A stretch of 64,000 nt of DNA from the human T2T-CHM13v2.0 reference genome, Homo sapiens. Shown here one piece after another: positions 13,518 through 27,402 of the stretch. Position 1 is the first letter of the stretch. Every line of letters starts with the position of its first letter. The stretch lies in the NCBI RefSeq assembly GCF_009914755.1, contig NC_060945.1; one strand, given 5' to 3'. The notes under the pieces were generated by a model. That model had not been told where the DNA came from. It was given only the letters and a program-made list of their open reading frames with translations, and did no database searches. The translations under genes and the position numbers were made by a program.

Positions 13518-13901
13518 TGATTTGGTTTGGCTGTGTCTCTACCCAAATCTCATCTTGAATTATAGCTTCTATAATTCCCATGCATTGTAGGAGCGACCTG
13601 TTGGGAGGTAATTGAATCACAGGGACAGGCCTTACCCATGCTGTTCTCATGATAGTGAATAAGTCTCAGGAGATCTGATGGTTTTATAAAGGTGAATTCC
13701 CCTGCACAAGCTCCTCTTGCCTGCCTCCATGTAAAACATCTCTTTGCTCTTCCTTTGTCTTCCACCATGATTGTGAGGCATCTGGAACAACTCCTGAACT
13801 AGGATTACATGTGGAACTGTGAGTCCATTAAACTTATTTCCTTTATAAATTACCCAGTCTCAGCTATGTCTTTATTAGCAACATGAGAACAGACTAATAC
13901 A
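13518..13901 (+). mobile_element. THE1 (B/C-like) solo LTR
   Basis: tgatttggtttggctgtgtc...gaacagactaataca termini. Confidence 0.9.
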
Positions 13902-15706
13902 TCCTCCTGGAAACTTTTCAGCTGACTTAGTCCAGCAGAAACACCATCACAACACCTAAGTGAAGGATGAAGGGTGAAGCCTGTGACAATGGCTTTCATA
14001 GTGGATTTCTCGAACAGGATTTATTTTCTGTGACAGAGATGTGTCTCTGATGCCATATCTATAAAATATCAATAAAGCTGATAAAGAAAATGCCAAATCG
14101 GAAGTGGCTGAGGGGAGAATTTTCCCACAATACTTTGAAAGAACCCCATTGATAATTTTTCTTCTCTTCATCAAAGATTGGGAAAACAGTGAATCAAAGT
14201 TGGGCACTTCAAATTAGATGGAGTAGAGTTGTTTATATGATTTTTTTTTAGTAATGTTGCTTTCCCACATCCTATTCTGACTCTTTTTAAACTTCATGTT
14301 GGCCATTCAAAGCAAGGGGACATTTTTAGAGGCATGTTAACTTGCTATGGAGACAGTGACCCTAGCATTTGGGGCTTCTGTGGGAAGGAAGGCCTTAGCC
14401 ACAGGCAATTCCTGTTGACGTTCACAGTGAGGCAGCATCTGAGACGATCCTTCTACTCTTCAAAGTGTAATAAAAGACATATTTTTAAAAGTGAGTACTC
14501 ATTTAGTGAATGCTTCCAAGTAATCTTCCACCTAACAACTTAGGGCAGAGAGTTTGTACTTCGGAATATATCGGGAAGATACATGTATTTGTTATCACCT
14601 ATTTTTACATTTATTTTTATTGAAATAGATATTTAGGCCACTACCCTAGTTTTGTAGCTACATACTGGCAGAAAATTCTTAAGTTATTAGCAAGATTCAT
14701 GAAAATAACAAAGATAGAACAAATATAGTTCGTGTGAAATGAAGAGTTAACGACAATGTCAAAGGGGAAGTCATAGGAAGATGCAGATTTACTCACTTCA
14801 GCTCTGTACTGGAAACTCTTATTTTTTCTCCTTTACAAAAATCTACGAACTATATTTTGCTTTGTTAATTTGAACAACTTAGGTTTCTTCTTTGTTATTT
14901 TTCACTCATGTAGGTGCAGAGATATAAAATCAGTGATTTTGAAGAGTAACTAAAAATGAATTAATAGCCATACATTTATGCAGACAGAACTTTATTTTTA
15001 TCATCTGTTTGTCTAAATAAATAAAAAAGAAGTAACCAAACCAATTTTTCCTTTGCTGTTTGTTATTAGTCATTCAAATATTTGCCTTCTCATTGAGTTA
15101 GCGTTTTAGTCAAAATAGCTTTCAATATGCTAAAATAAGTAAACTATTAAGTTCTGGTGGAGTTTTTAAATTAAAAATAATTTATTATGCAGTGATGTAT
15201 ATTAAATGGATAGTTTAATATATGTATATGTAAATAATGTTTTTAAATAGCATTATATTTAATATAATATTTAAATAAATGTTGCCCACATTTAAAAATT
15301 TCTTATTTGTTTTTAGTTTAGTAGCTCTAAAAATTCTTTAAAATATAATACAAAATAAAACACAGTAGATTCTGTCAATTACTGAAGAGTGTATGCATAT
15401 ATAACATACCTATATGTTACACATATATAACATGCACATGTATAACAACATATAATGCTTTTCTTTGTTGTTTTTCCAAGGGCCATTATTATAAAATCAG
15501 AGATATGTTCTTCCAGAAAATGTTTGACTTGAAACATAATGGAAAATTTTAAATTAAATAACATTTAATTTTAAGTAAAAACATCTTCTGACATGATATA
15601 AATTCTCAACCTATTATTGTAATGAATTTTACCCTAATATATTAACTGGTAAAAAATATGAAAAAATACCTAAGGTTGAAATTTCTTCTTAAAATATACG
15701 TGCTAA

Positions 15707-16020
<314 letters not shown>

Positions 16021-16693
16021 ATATAGGTGCTAACTTTAAATAATAAAGTGCCATTTACCTCCATTAAAATAAAAAATGTTTAAATTATAATAGAGCAATT
16101 AAGGAAGATTTGGAAGAAATTGATATGCTCATGTGAAGAAAAACAATTCATTCAGAGAGACCACTGATTATTTTTTCTTGCAATTTATCCCGAGAGACTT
16201 AGCATGAGGGAAAATAAGAACAATAGAAGAAAGCTATTTCCCAAACTGTTCTTTTCTTGTATACAATAATTCAATATTTGCTAAATAGGGGAGTAGTTAA
16301 TTAAATCAAGGCCTATTTACTTAATCAAAATATGTGCCATTAAAAGAAAATTTATAAATATTTTGTAAGAATATGGATATAGTGTTAAGTTGGAAAAAAT
16401 AAAAATTGTTCTTGTTGTAATAGTGTTAACAACACATTAGAAGTACGTGTATATATTTGATAGTAGTCATTGCAGTGGTTAGGATAGTGAGATTATAGGT
16501 AAAATTTCTCTATTTTTCGTAATTTTATGATATCACGATATCACCTGTATAATGCAAAATAAACTTAAAGGTATTATAATACATTTGGAATTCTAAACCC
16601 CAGTGAAAGCTCTTTATTATTTCCTATGTACCAGACAGTTAAACCCAATGATACTTAGAAAGTAAAGGCAAAAAAGCAAGTGAGAATCTTCCT

Positions 16694-16988
16694 GAAGCTG
16701 GAAGCCATTACCTTCAGCAGACTAACACTCAGGAACAGGAAACCAAACACTGCACGCTCTGACTTATAAGTGAGAGCTGAACACTGAGAACGCATAGACA
16801 CAGGGGAGGAGAACAACACACACTAGGGCCTGTCAGGGGGCGGCGGGAGGGAGTGCATCAAGATAAACAGCAAACAGGGCTTCATACCTAGGTGATGTGG
16901 GTTGATAGGTGCCCCAACCCACCATGGCACACGTTTACCTGTACACAAACCTGCATGTCCTGCGCATGTATCCTGGAACTTTAAAAAA
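16694..16988 (+). mobile_element. 5'-truncated older L1PA 3' end
   Basis: gaagctggaagccatt...gggttgataggtg...aaacctgcatgtcctgcgcatgtatcctggaactttaaaaaa. Confidence 0.85.
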
Positions 16989-18815
16989 TGTATTTTCTAT
17001 ATCCACTCTCATTATTCTGTGTTGTGCATTATTCACAATAGTCCAGGATAAGCTGTGATAAGAAACATGCCCGGCCTGTCAGAGTCAGAACATATCAACA
17101 GTTTATTTCTCAATTGCATGGTGCCTGGTGACTCTGTGCTGACTCTTCTGCTAGTAGCTACACTTGGCTTGTAAATTCTCTACCATCAGGGGAAGAGAAA
17201 GAGGAGGCACACAAGCTTTTAACTGACTTGTTCCAGAAGATACACACAACACTTCCACACACAGAACATCTACTGAAAGTCTGTTGATCAGCAGGAGACA
17301 CAGTCCTGACGGTTAACTTCAAAGAGGTCTGGGGAATGTTGCAGAAGGCCATGGCCTATTAGATAATCTCTGTCACATTCAGAAAGCAATAAAGTTCTTT
17401 GTTCAAACGACTAAGACCTCCACAAACAATGATTCAAATTCACTTTCTATCACTCACCAGCAAATAATCAGACATGTGGAAATGACCATTACGGAATTCA
17501 AAGCTAGAAGTGATGCAGAAAGCTCCTCTCCTTAGAGGGGCAGCTTGAGACTTTATTTTCCTCAATTTGATGTATTCTGATTCATCAGGTGATAGCTGGA
17601 AGCTTCGAGTCTTATACCTCAGCCTGTCTAACCCTTGTTTGGGATAGTGATGTACTCTCTTTCGGGTATCCTCTGTTCTGTTTAGTTTCTCTCTTCCTTG
17701 GCATATGGCTTTCACTTAGATTTACAATTACTATTTTTCTCAACAGGAATGTCCTTCTCTGACATCATTTCTCCTTCTTTTACTATTCTCCAGCATTGTT
17801 TTAGGTGCCAGGAATTCTTATGTGATTAAGACCGGAAACAATGTGACCCTCTTGGAGATTACTTCCTGTTGGTGGAGGGGCCATACATGAGAAAAAAAAG
17901 AGGGCCTTCAGGCCTTCTGGAGAGGACTGCCCAGCTGCTATCCTCCACAGCTCTGTCCATCATTATTTGCCTTGTGACTAAAAGGACCAATCTCATCATG
18001 CGCTTTATTGCTGGAATGTCAGTCATCTCGTATGTTTATTTCTCATCTCCCTATAGAGTATGGGGTTACTTTTCTGATTGCATCTCCCACTCCCTGCTCA
18101 TATCCCTCCCACTCAGCATCATTTTAATCCCTTCTATGGTTTTGATGACACAGTCAAAATGCTTATACCTTATCTTTCCAAAGAAGGTTTCATTCTCCTT
18201 CTTGCCCTGGCTTGCTGCTGATTATACAGCTCATCTTGGTGTGTCAAGTAGTAGCTGTATCTCACCAACAAGCTTGGCATCATGGGCTGCAAATGGAGGA
18301 AGTGTGCTTTTTGCCTCTCTCTGAAGTTCTGAAACAATTCTTACTTCCTCCTTCCTAAAGTGCCCCCCTTTTCCCCTTTAAATCTCAAGCCTTCAGACTA
18401 AACCATTTTCTCTCCTTTCTCGTGCAAGTGCCTACTGATCTCAAAACAAATCCCTTTATTCCCTGATGACATTAGCCCCCAGGTGAACGTCACATGCACC
18501 AAAGTATTCCTCTAATAATTTTTGTGAATATCTGTGTAAACCTTTCCTTCGATGGACCTCTTCATGTTTTACTTCCTTTGGAGTTATCTTATTCTCCACC
18601 TACGTCAGTCACTACTCGTACAGTCATAGTTAGGTTAACAGCAATTGAAAACCCTCTATACTCTCAATTTCAAGTGTGTCTCCTCCTGACCCTTACTTAC
18701 TACCATGCTAACTTATGTCTTTCCGGTAGCCTGACTTCAACAATCTTCTGATCCCCACATAGACTCACAAGCCATTCATCCCATTGCCTTTTCATTGCCC
18801 CATGCCCCCTAATGT

Positions 18816-18927
18816 TAGAGTGATCATATGTTCTGGTTTTCCCAGGAGAGTTTTGGTTTAAACCTGGTAGCTCAGCATAATAATTAACAGTGCTCTAGTT
18901 TAGATAATAAATTATGTGGTTACTCTG
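18816..18927 (-). mobile_element. MER94 (hAT-Blackjack) MITE, internally deleted
   Basis: Terminal inverted repeats tagagtgatcata / tgtggttactctg; 8-bp TSD cctaatgt/cctaatgc. Confidence 0.75.
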
Positions 18928-19001
18928 CCTAATGCTCTCACTTCCCTTCTTATTTGGCCAAAATTCTGTAGACAATTGTTATAAACATAACCTTGTACAG
19001 A

Positions 19002-19426
19002 CAGTTGACCCTTAAACAATGTGGCAGATAAGAGTGCAGACTTCTTGCGCAGTCAAAAATTCATGTATAACTTTTGACTCCTCCAAAACTGAACTACTAA
19101 TAGCCTACTGTTAACTGGAAGCCTTACTAATAACACAAACAGTCAACACGTATTTTGTGTGTTATTTGTATTGTATAACGTATTCTTGCAATTAAGCTAG
19201 AGAAGAGAAAATGTCATTCAGAAAATCATGAAAAAGGGAAAATATACTTACTATTCATTAAGTTTAAGTGGATCATCATAAAGGTCTTTATCCTTATTGT
19301 CGTCAGGTTAAGTAAGCTGAGGAGGAGGATAAGGAGGAGTTGGTCTTGGTATCTGAGAGGTGGAAGAGGCAGAAGAAAATCTCTGTACCAGTGGACCCAT
19401 TTGAAATTCATTTACATGGTCAACTG
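19002..19426 (+). mobile_element. Tigger2a DNA transposon
   Basis: TIRs cagttgaccctt / ggtcaactg; body ataacttttgactcctccaaaact...aagtggatcatcataaaggtct. Confidence 0.85.
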
Positions 19427-20572
19427 AACTTTACAACTGCCTTGTTCCTCTTCCCCATAATCAATGCTATGCCAAAAGCCCCAAGTCAGGTTAAATTCAA
19501 CTCTGCAAATGTCTTACATCTGCATCTGCATCTGCATCTCAGTGTGGCTGGAATTAAATAGAATACCATGCTGTCAGACCTCATGTTAAATTTGTGACCT
19601 CTAACTTTTTGCTGTCGAATAATTATACTATATTACCCCAGTTAATTTATTCATCCACTCTCCTAGGTGATCAGTTTATATGTTTAGTTTTTTTCCTCCG
19701 TGAACTTTTAAAACTTCTTAACCTATCTGCATACTGAGCTGATGATCTCGTCTTGTATTTCTCTAAGAAAAGGGAAGCAATCAGAAAATAACTTCCTCAA
19801 ACTTCCACTCCATGGGGAACCTGCATAGCACCAAACCCTCCACCTGGGCACCAGCTCCCACCCAACCCCGGCTATTTGACTCTTCTCTTTTTTTCATATC
19901 CCAGACACAATCTACCTACAAATATTGTCAGTTCTATCTTCAAAATAACCAAAATAATCTCTCTATATTTACTGCTTCTACCTTAATCCAAGCCACTGAC
20001 TTCTCTCAACTAGACAATTGCTTTTGCCGAATAACTGCTTCTGACCCAGAAGTCCTTGCCTATTTGCAGCAGAGTTGTTAAATGATATTGTTAGGATATA
20101 AACTACATCATGTAATTCTTCTTTTCAAATCCTCCTTGTGGTGACCCATCTCATTAGAATAAAGACAAAATTCAACAATGACTTACAAAGGTCTATAAAT
20201 GTCTGGCCTCCTTCCCCATCCCGACTGTTTTTTGCATTGGCTGTTTCCTGCCCTACAAATGTCTTCTTACCTACTCTCAACCCCCACCCCACACTGTCAC
20301 CAGGACTTAACTCAACAGAACACTTTCTCCATGAGGACTCTCTAGTCCACTCTGGTCCAAATGGAAGGACTCCAACCCAAGCCAGGCTCTCCAATCCCTA
20401 GTCCCTACCTTGTTTTTCTCCTTAGGATCTCTTGTCTCTTTTTTTTTATAACCACTTCTTTTATTTAGAGAATTAATATATAGTTACATATTTTACGTAT
20501 ATACATATTCCATTTTTCTGGAATTTTATCCATGACTTTCTAAAAATTCATTGGGAAAAAAACATTATTTTT

Positions 20573-20871
20573 GGCCAGGCGCGGTGACTCATGACTGTAA
20601 TGCCAGCACTTTGGGAGGCCGAGGCAGGTGGATCAAGAGGTCAGGAGATGGAGACCATCCTGGCTAACATGGTGAAACCCCTTACCTACTAAAAATACAA
20701 AAAATTAACCAGGTGTGGTGGCACGCTCCTGTAATCCCAGCTACTCAGAAGGTTGAGGCAGGAGAATAGCCTGAACCTGGGAGGTAGAGGTTGCAGTGAG
20801 CTGAGATCACACAACTGCACCCCAGCATGGGTGACAGAGTGAGACTCCATCTCAAAGAAAAAAAAAAAAAA
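20573..20871 (+). mobile_element. AluSc-like
   Basis: Dimeric Alu, gatcaagaggtcaggagatggagaccatcctggctaac, poly-A tail. Confidence 0.92.
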
Positions 20872-21411
20872 CCATGTTATTTTTATGAATGCAAAATCTG
20901 ATGGCGTGGTGGTGAGAGACATGGCTGGAAAACTCCCTTTCTTGGTTAGTATCGGTAATATCTTAGACAAATTGTATGGACATTTTGATGTTCAGTTTCC
21001 TTATTATTTTAATGAAGAAAAGACTAAAATTGCACTTTATCTTTTCTTTATTATTTGAGGGTTAAATACAAATGTTCATAAAATACTTATAAAACAAGAT
21101 TATAATTGTTTTATACAATTATACAATTAAAACAAGATTAAATTGATAATAAATTTCTTTAATTAGCTGTTATTATTCCCAGAATTAGATTGGCTGCTAA
21201 TAAATTGAATGATAAGTTCAGCCTATATTATATTTCAACCTTCATCAGGTCTTCACATCCTTTCTGTGAGGTTATCTGATGATGAGTGTAATGGATAAGT
21301 CTAAAATTGTTAGGAAATTGAGGCTTAGCACATTTTTAATTTCACTTTTATTATGGCCCGTGTTGAAATGCAAAATTTCTGTAGGTTTGATGTTTGCTAA
21401 AGGCACTGGGA

Positions 21412-21414
<3 letters not shown>

Positions 21415-21454
<40 letters not shown>
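21415..21454. repeat. (AC)n microsatellite, ~20 units
   Basis: Perfect AC run. Confidence 0.97.
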
Positions 21455-21456
<2 letters not shown>

Positions 21457-23948
21457 TCCTTATATGACTAATTCAAACACCTTTATTTTAAAACTCTAAG
21501 TCAGCAACAATAAGAATTTTAGGTGGACCCAGTTACAGTTCTCATAATGCTTGGTTGTTCACTTCATCTGAATTTTCAGCAAAGAAAAAGCCAAGTTTAA
21601 AGTGATGAAATATTTAACTCAGAAAGAGTAGTTGTTTGAGCATCTCTGGATTTTTATAAAGCTGGATTCCAAAAGAATGACAGAAAACATGGCTTTATTT
21701 AATGGTTTCTACATAAGAAAACAATAGTATTACAACATTAAGCCTAAAAGAAACCTGTATTATTTCGTATACTTTCTAATTGGGTGAAATCTAAACTTCT
21801 TTGAAATAAAACTTTTATGACAATGCAGGGATGTTAGTAGGTCATTAAGTTTCTCTTGCAGAGAAAAATGAATAATAAAGATTGTTAAAATATTCACCAT
21901 TATATAAAGATAGAGTGAAAAAGGCTTTCCCTTAAATTGTAGAATAAAATCTTTCTGTCCATTAGTGTCTACAATTACAAACATAACTATGCAGTCTTAC
22001 ACACATAAAAACATATTTGTTTTAAATGTTACCTTCAAAATGTCTTATAGTTAGGGTTTGGGAAATGAAAACACTTACATGTATGCATGCACACACACAC
22101 AAACACACAACGCACACAAAAGATTGGTGATGAACCACATTTAAAATAAAACATTCTTGCTGATGAAAAGTGTTTTAAAGAGTAAGTCATTATTGGCTTT
22201 ATCTCTGAAAAGCTCTATTCCATTGCAGTTAATTACTTCTCACTATAGGAGGAGTATTAGAATTGGAAACAGCCTTCAACTCCCACCATCTAAATACCAG
22301 TATAATGTACACCCACCCTTCTGCCAGAACTGATTGTTGCAAAAGGAATAATTTGAACCAGCAATACTTAAGTAAGAAGAACACACACCAATCTGGCCTT
22401 CTTTGTGAATTGCTTAAAACAATAGATTCTTGGCAGAATAACCTACAAAAGTTGCTCTTTACAGCAAGGATTAGTATTAGCCAATATTTCTTCTTAATTT
22501 CTTCAGGATAACCGAAGGGTGGAAATAATGTGAGGATAGGTCAACACTCCAACAGTCTTCAAATTGGCAATTAATATTTTGTGAAATGCCTGCTTTTAAT
22601 TATCAATATCCATATTGGCCAGTTAACAGGTAAAATTCCTTAACTTCTCAAGGAATGCATGCAGACTTAAATCAGCAATTTCTGTTAATAATTTCTCCTT
22701 TGGAAAACCTATACCATATCAAGTGAAGCCTCTCCGCTGTCCCCATCTTGCAAACAGACTTGATTGCTATCATGTCTTGTAAGCAGTTGAAAAGCTATAA
22801 CCGTCAAACCATGCACAACATCATAACTCTGCTTCAACAAATTGGAGGCAAACCAAACTACTACATGCAGTCAGCCTGCTCAGAATTCTCTTCTTCAGAT
22901 GACATGGACTTTTTCACTTTCTGAGGCATGAGCAGCACCAGCCTGGAAAGGCATTGGGAAACATAATTGCACACGAAGCGTGTGCAGGGTAATGAAGCGA
23001 ACGGCCCTGATGCACAAACATTGTGACCGTGCAGGAGCAAATCTCACAGGGAAATGAAAAGACCTTCAAAAGGAAAACTGAGCCAGTCCTGTGACCTGGC
23101 TTTCCTCTTACCCTGGTTTGAAAACTAGCATCAAGGGAGATAATCTCAAAGGCAATAGGTGATGACAACTCAAAATAGCTGGCTGAGTATAGTGACAGCA
23201 AGTGCCAATATATAATTCCCCACCCCTTTCACCACTACCATGCCTGAAGTTCCAGATTCTCTGCTAATGACCAATTCGTTTAAGTTAGGAACAACCCCTC
23301 CTTTCAAACAAAATCTAATCCTGGGACAGTTTAATGAGATTATCAGCCATATATCCTTTATTTGAATTTATTTTATTTTATCAGATTGCTTTCTTTCTAA
23401 TATCTACTTGAAATTTACAGAAACAAGAAAAGAGGAATTTTTAATGAAGGAAAGAGAGAGAAAAGGTCATTTGTAACCAAGAAAACTATGAGAACAACTT
23501 TAATGTCTCTTCAAAGCTTTGGGCTTTGTAAATCAGAAGACAAAAATTAGAATGTGGGCTTCAGACCCTGAAGGATTGGATGCGGAGAAGCAGCCAGAGG
23601 GCTGAACACCAAGATCGCCAAGAGTTTTGCTGAAGACTTCCATTGCTCTCTAACTTATACTTCGGTACTTGTGCAATGAGAAAATGTGCCAACTATCTCA
23701 GTTTATTAATGAAATAGTTATTTTTCTTGGAATAGAATTTAACAAAAATTCATGGTATTTCACATTCGCCCATGTCTATTTTGAAATCTGGCATTGTTTA
23801 TCCTCTTTCCTAGGCTTCTTAAAATTCACCCACCCCAAACAGACACACATTCCCACTTGATCCAGTTAAGGATATAGAAAACAGATTACTGTAATTCTTT
23901 GCTTCTGAAACTCAGACACATGCATCTTCTAGAAAGTATATTAATCTA

Positions 23949-24414
<466 letters not shown>

Positions 24415-25723
24415 TTCCTCTTTTTTGCAAGTAATGCAAAACAACATTTTTACATTAAAAGAGATATAGATCTATTTTAGATAGGTTTCAAAATTTACGC
24501 TGTTCTAAACACGTCCAAGAAATTTCCTGCTTCTGTGAATCACTATCATTTACATCTCTAGACCCTCTGTGTGTATTTTTTTTCTGTTTTAAATGTATGT
24601 TTGTGGGAAAGTTTTTAAAGCTCTTTGAATAGCATTCTTTTGGAACTAGTTCTGCCACTTAATAGTTATGTGAACATAGCACATTTCTTCTCTAGTCTAA
24701 ATCTATTTCTTCATCTGGAAATTAAAGACATGGAAATAATACCCTCTCAGTTCCTTTGTGGAGACAGAATTGTAATATTATATGACTACTTTACATCATC
24801 AGTTATGATTGAAAGTGCTGGAGCTCTCAGAGCCACATTTCATGACCCTTGTTTGACAGGAACTTTGCTAACAGATGCAGGGAGGGACAGCCTTTGGAAT
24901 TCCTTGAGGTAATGTTATGTTATACCAAAAATATCTACTAGGGTTTTACAGAAATGCCAAACATTTTCGTAGAGTCTTTGGAATTCCTGTAGAAGGGTTT
25001 TACATAGGAGCCATCATTTTTAGTGTACAAATTTTCTTGTGATTTCATCATGGAACATTTTAGTCTTCCAAATATATTTTTGAGAAACAACTTTGAGAGA
25101 GAATTTTTTTTTCATAAGATAAAGAGCCCTCATTAAGAAGTGTGAAAATTTTCTTAATTTCAATAGAAGAATAATATTCTAAAGTCTCAATATAGATATG
25201 TGAGAATATAGAAAATACTTTTCATTTTGGGACAGGTCATTTATAAAAGGTAATTTATTTGACAATTTCACCATTTTCAATGCCTAAAAAAGATAAGTTT
25301 GGCATGATGCACCACTATCATTTTGTTGCTTTAAAAAATACATTGCTAATTAGACCTTGGAAACAACATTTTTAGAGTTTGTTTTGCAGAGAAACACAGA
25401 TACTCCTTAAGGTGACATGAACACTTGGTAGCAGAATAGAAATAATAGTAATCAATATATTGTTGAGTCTGGACACTCCATGACCCTTAAACTACTAAAG
25501 GACAGTGTTAATGACATCATGGTCAAAGATTCTCATCTACTGTAAACAGGCCAGTTAGCTCAGTAAAGCTCTACACCAGGGCAGATATGATCTTTAAATG
25601 GTGTGTGAAAGAAAACCTCACAACTCAGAATGAGTTATGAGAAAGTGTGTTCATCACATTCTAGTCAGGAAAAACAACTTTTCACCCTAAGATAAAAACA
25701 AAGCAAAATAAGACAAAGCAAAC

Positions 25724-26790
25724 TCTTGCGGGAAGTCAGGGACCCCAAATGGAGGGACCAGCTGAAGCCATGGCAGAAGAACGTGGATTGTGAAGATTTC
25801 ATGGACATTTATTAGTTCCCCAAATTAATGCTTTTGTAATTTCCTATGCCTGTCTTTACTGCAGTCTCTAAACATAAGTTGTAAAGATTTCATGGACACT
25901 TATCACTTCCCTAATCAATACCCTTGTGATTTCCTATGCCTGTCTTTAATTTAAGCTCTTAATCCTGTCAGTTGAGGAGGATGTATATCATCTCAGGACC
26001 CTGTAATAATTGCGTTAACTACACAAATTGTACACCATGTGTGTTTGAGCAATATGAAATGTGGGCACCCTGAAAAAAGAACAGGATAACAGCAATTGTT
26101 CGGGGAATAAGAGAGATAACCTTAAACTCTGATCGCCGGTGAGCCGGGCAGAACAGAGCCATATTTCTCTTCTTTCAAAAGCAAATGGGAGAAATATCGC
26201 TGAATTCTTTTTCTCAGCATGGGATATCCCTGAGAAAGAGAATGCGCACCTAGGGGTAGGTCTCTGAACTGGCCCCCCCGCCCGGGGCGTACCTGTCTCT
26301 TATGGTTGAGACTGCAGGGGTGAAATAAACTCCAGTCTCCCATAGCGCTCCCAGGCTTATTAGGAAGAGGAAATTCCCACTTAATAAATTTTGGTCAGAC
26401 TAGTTGATCTCAAAACCCTGTCTCCTGATAAGATGTTATCAATGACAATGGTGCCCAAAACTTCATTAGCAATTTTAATTTCCCCTGTGGTCCTGTAATC
26501 TCACCCTGCCTCCACTTGCCTTGTGATACTCTATTACCCTGTTAAGTACTTGATGTCTGTCACCCACACCTATTCGTATACTCCTTCCCCTTTTGAAAGT
26601 CCCTAATAAAAACTTGCTGGTTTTTGTGGCCTGTGGGGCATCACGGATCCTACCAACGTGTGATGTCTCCCCCGGACTCCCAGCTTTAAAATTTCTCTCT
26701 TTTGTACTCTCTCCCTTTATTTCTCAAGCCAGCCGACACTTAGGAAAATAGAAAAGAACCTACGTGATTATCGGGGCAGGTCTCCCGATA
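25724..26790 (+). mobile_element. MER11 solo LTR (HERV-K11/HML-8)
   Basis: t(c)ttgcgggaagtcagggacccc...gattatcggggcaggtctcccgata; 6-bp TSD gcaaac on both sides; aataaa near 26605. Confidence 0.93.
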
Positions 26791-26803
26791 GCAAACAATA
26801 TTT

Positions 26804-26852
26804 ACATTACTTGTAATGGCAAAAATCGCAATTTCTTTTGCACAAACCTAAT
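26804..26852. mobile_element. MADE1 (Hsmar1-derived MITE), partial
   Basis: taatggcaaaaatcgcaatttcttttgcacaaacctaata matches the right Hsmar1 TIR followed by TA. Confidence 0.75.
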
Positions 26853-26903
26853 ATAAAGTGTTGTGCTTTCCAGCTCTAGTTCCTCTCAAATGAATGAAAC
26901 ATT

Positions 26904-27402
26904 GGTGGGATTGTTAATTTAAGGCATCAGTTTGATTGAGGTGCCCAGGTATTTAGTCAAACATTATTTCTGGGTGAGTCTGTGCAGGCATTTCTGGATG
27001 AGATTAACAGTTGAATTGGTAGACTAATTAGAGTAGATGGCCCTCCTCAGTGTAGGTGGGACTCATCCAATCCATTGATGGCCTGAAGAGGGTAAAAGGC
27101 TGAGTAAGAAAGAATTCTTTTTCTCTGACATTCTTTAGCTGTGACATCAGTCTTCTCCTGCCTTAGGAGTTGGACTCGAACTCAGACTTGGTTTGAAACT
27201 TTCACTATAATTTCTTTTGGTTCTCAGGGCTTCAGACTCAGTCTAGATCCACAATATTTGCTCTCTTAGGCCTCCAGCTTTCCAACTGCAGATCTTGAAC
27301 TTCTCAGCCTTCATAAGATTATAAGCCAATTCCTTCTGGTGACTATCTATCTATTTGCCTATATTAATAGTCCTGTTTCTTTGGAGAACTCAGAATAATA
27401 CA
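26904..27402 (+). mobile_element. MLT2B/C-type ERVL LTR
   Basis: gtcaaacattatttctgggtg...tttctggatgagattaaca...gtttctttggagaactcagaataataca. Confidence 0.8.

Larger units (their letters stand above)
18200..20450 (+). mobile_element. Long degenerate L2 LINE, interrupted by MER94 and Tigger2a
   Basis: Pyrimidine-rich L2 body motifs (aaatattgtcagttctatcttcaaaata; ctaccttaatccaagccac; ctcattagaataaag). Confidence 0.6.

Noticed and set aside
17869-18324. 151-aa hydrophobic ORF
   Set aside because: Non-ATG start, composition explained by T/C-rich sequence next to an L2 remnant, and no recognisable domain.
25789-25948. ~70-bp direct repeat inside MER11
   Set aside because: As I recall, this is intrinsic to MER11 LTRs rather than locus-specific.
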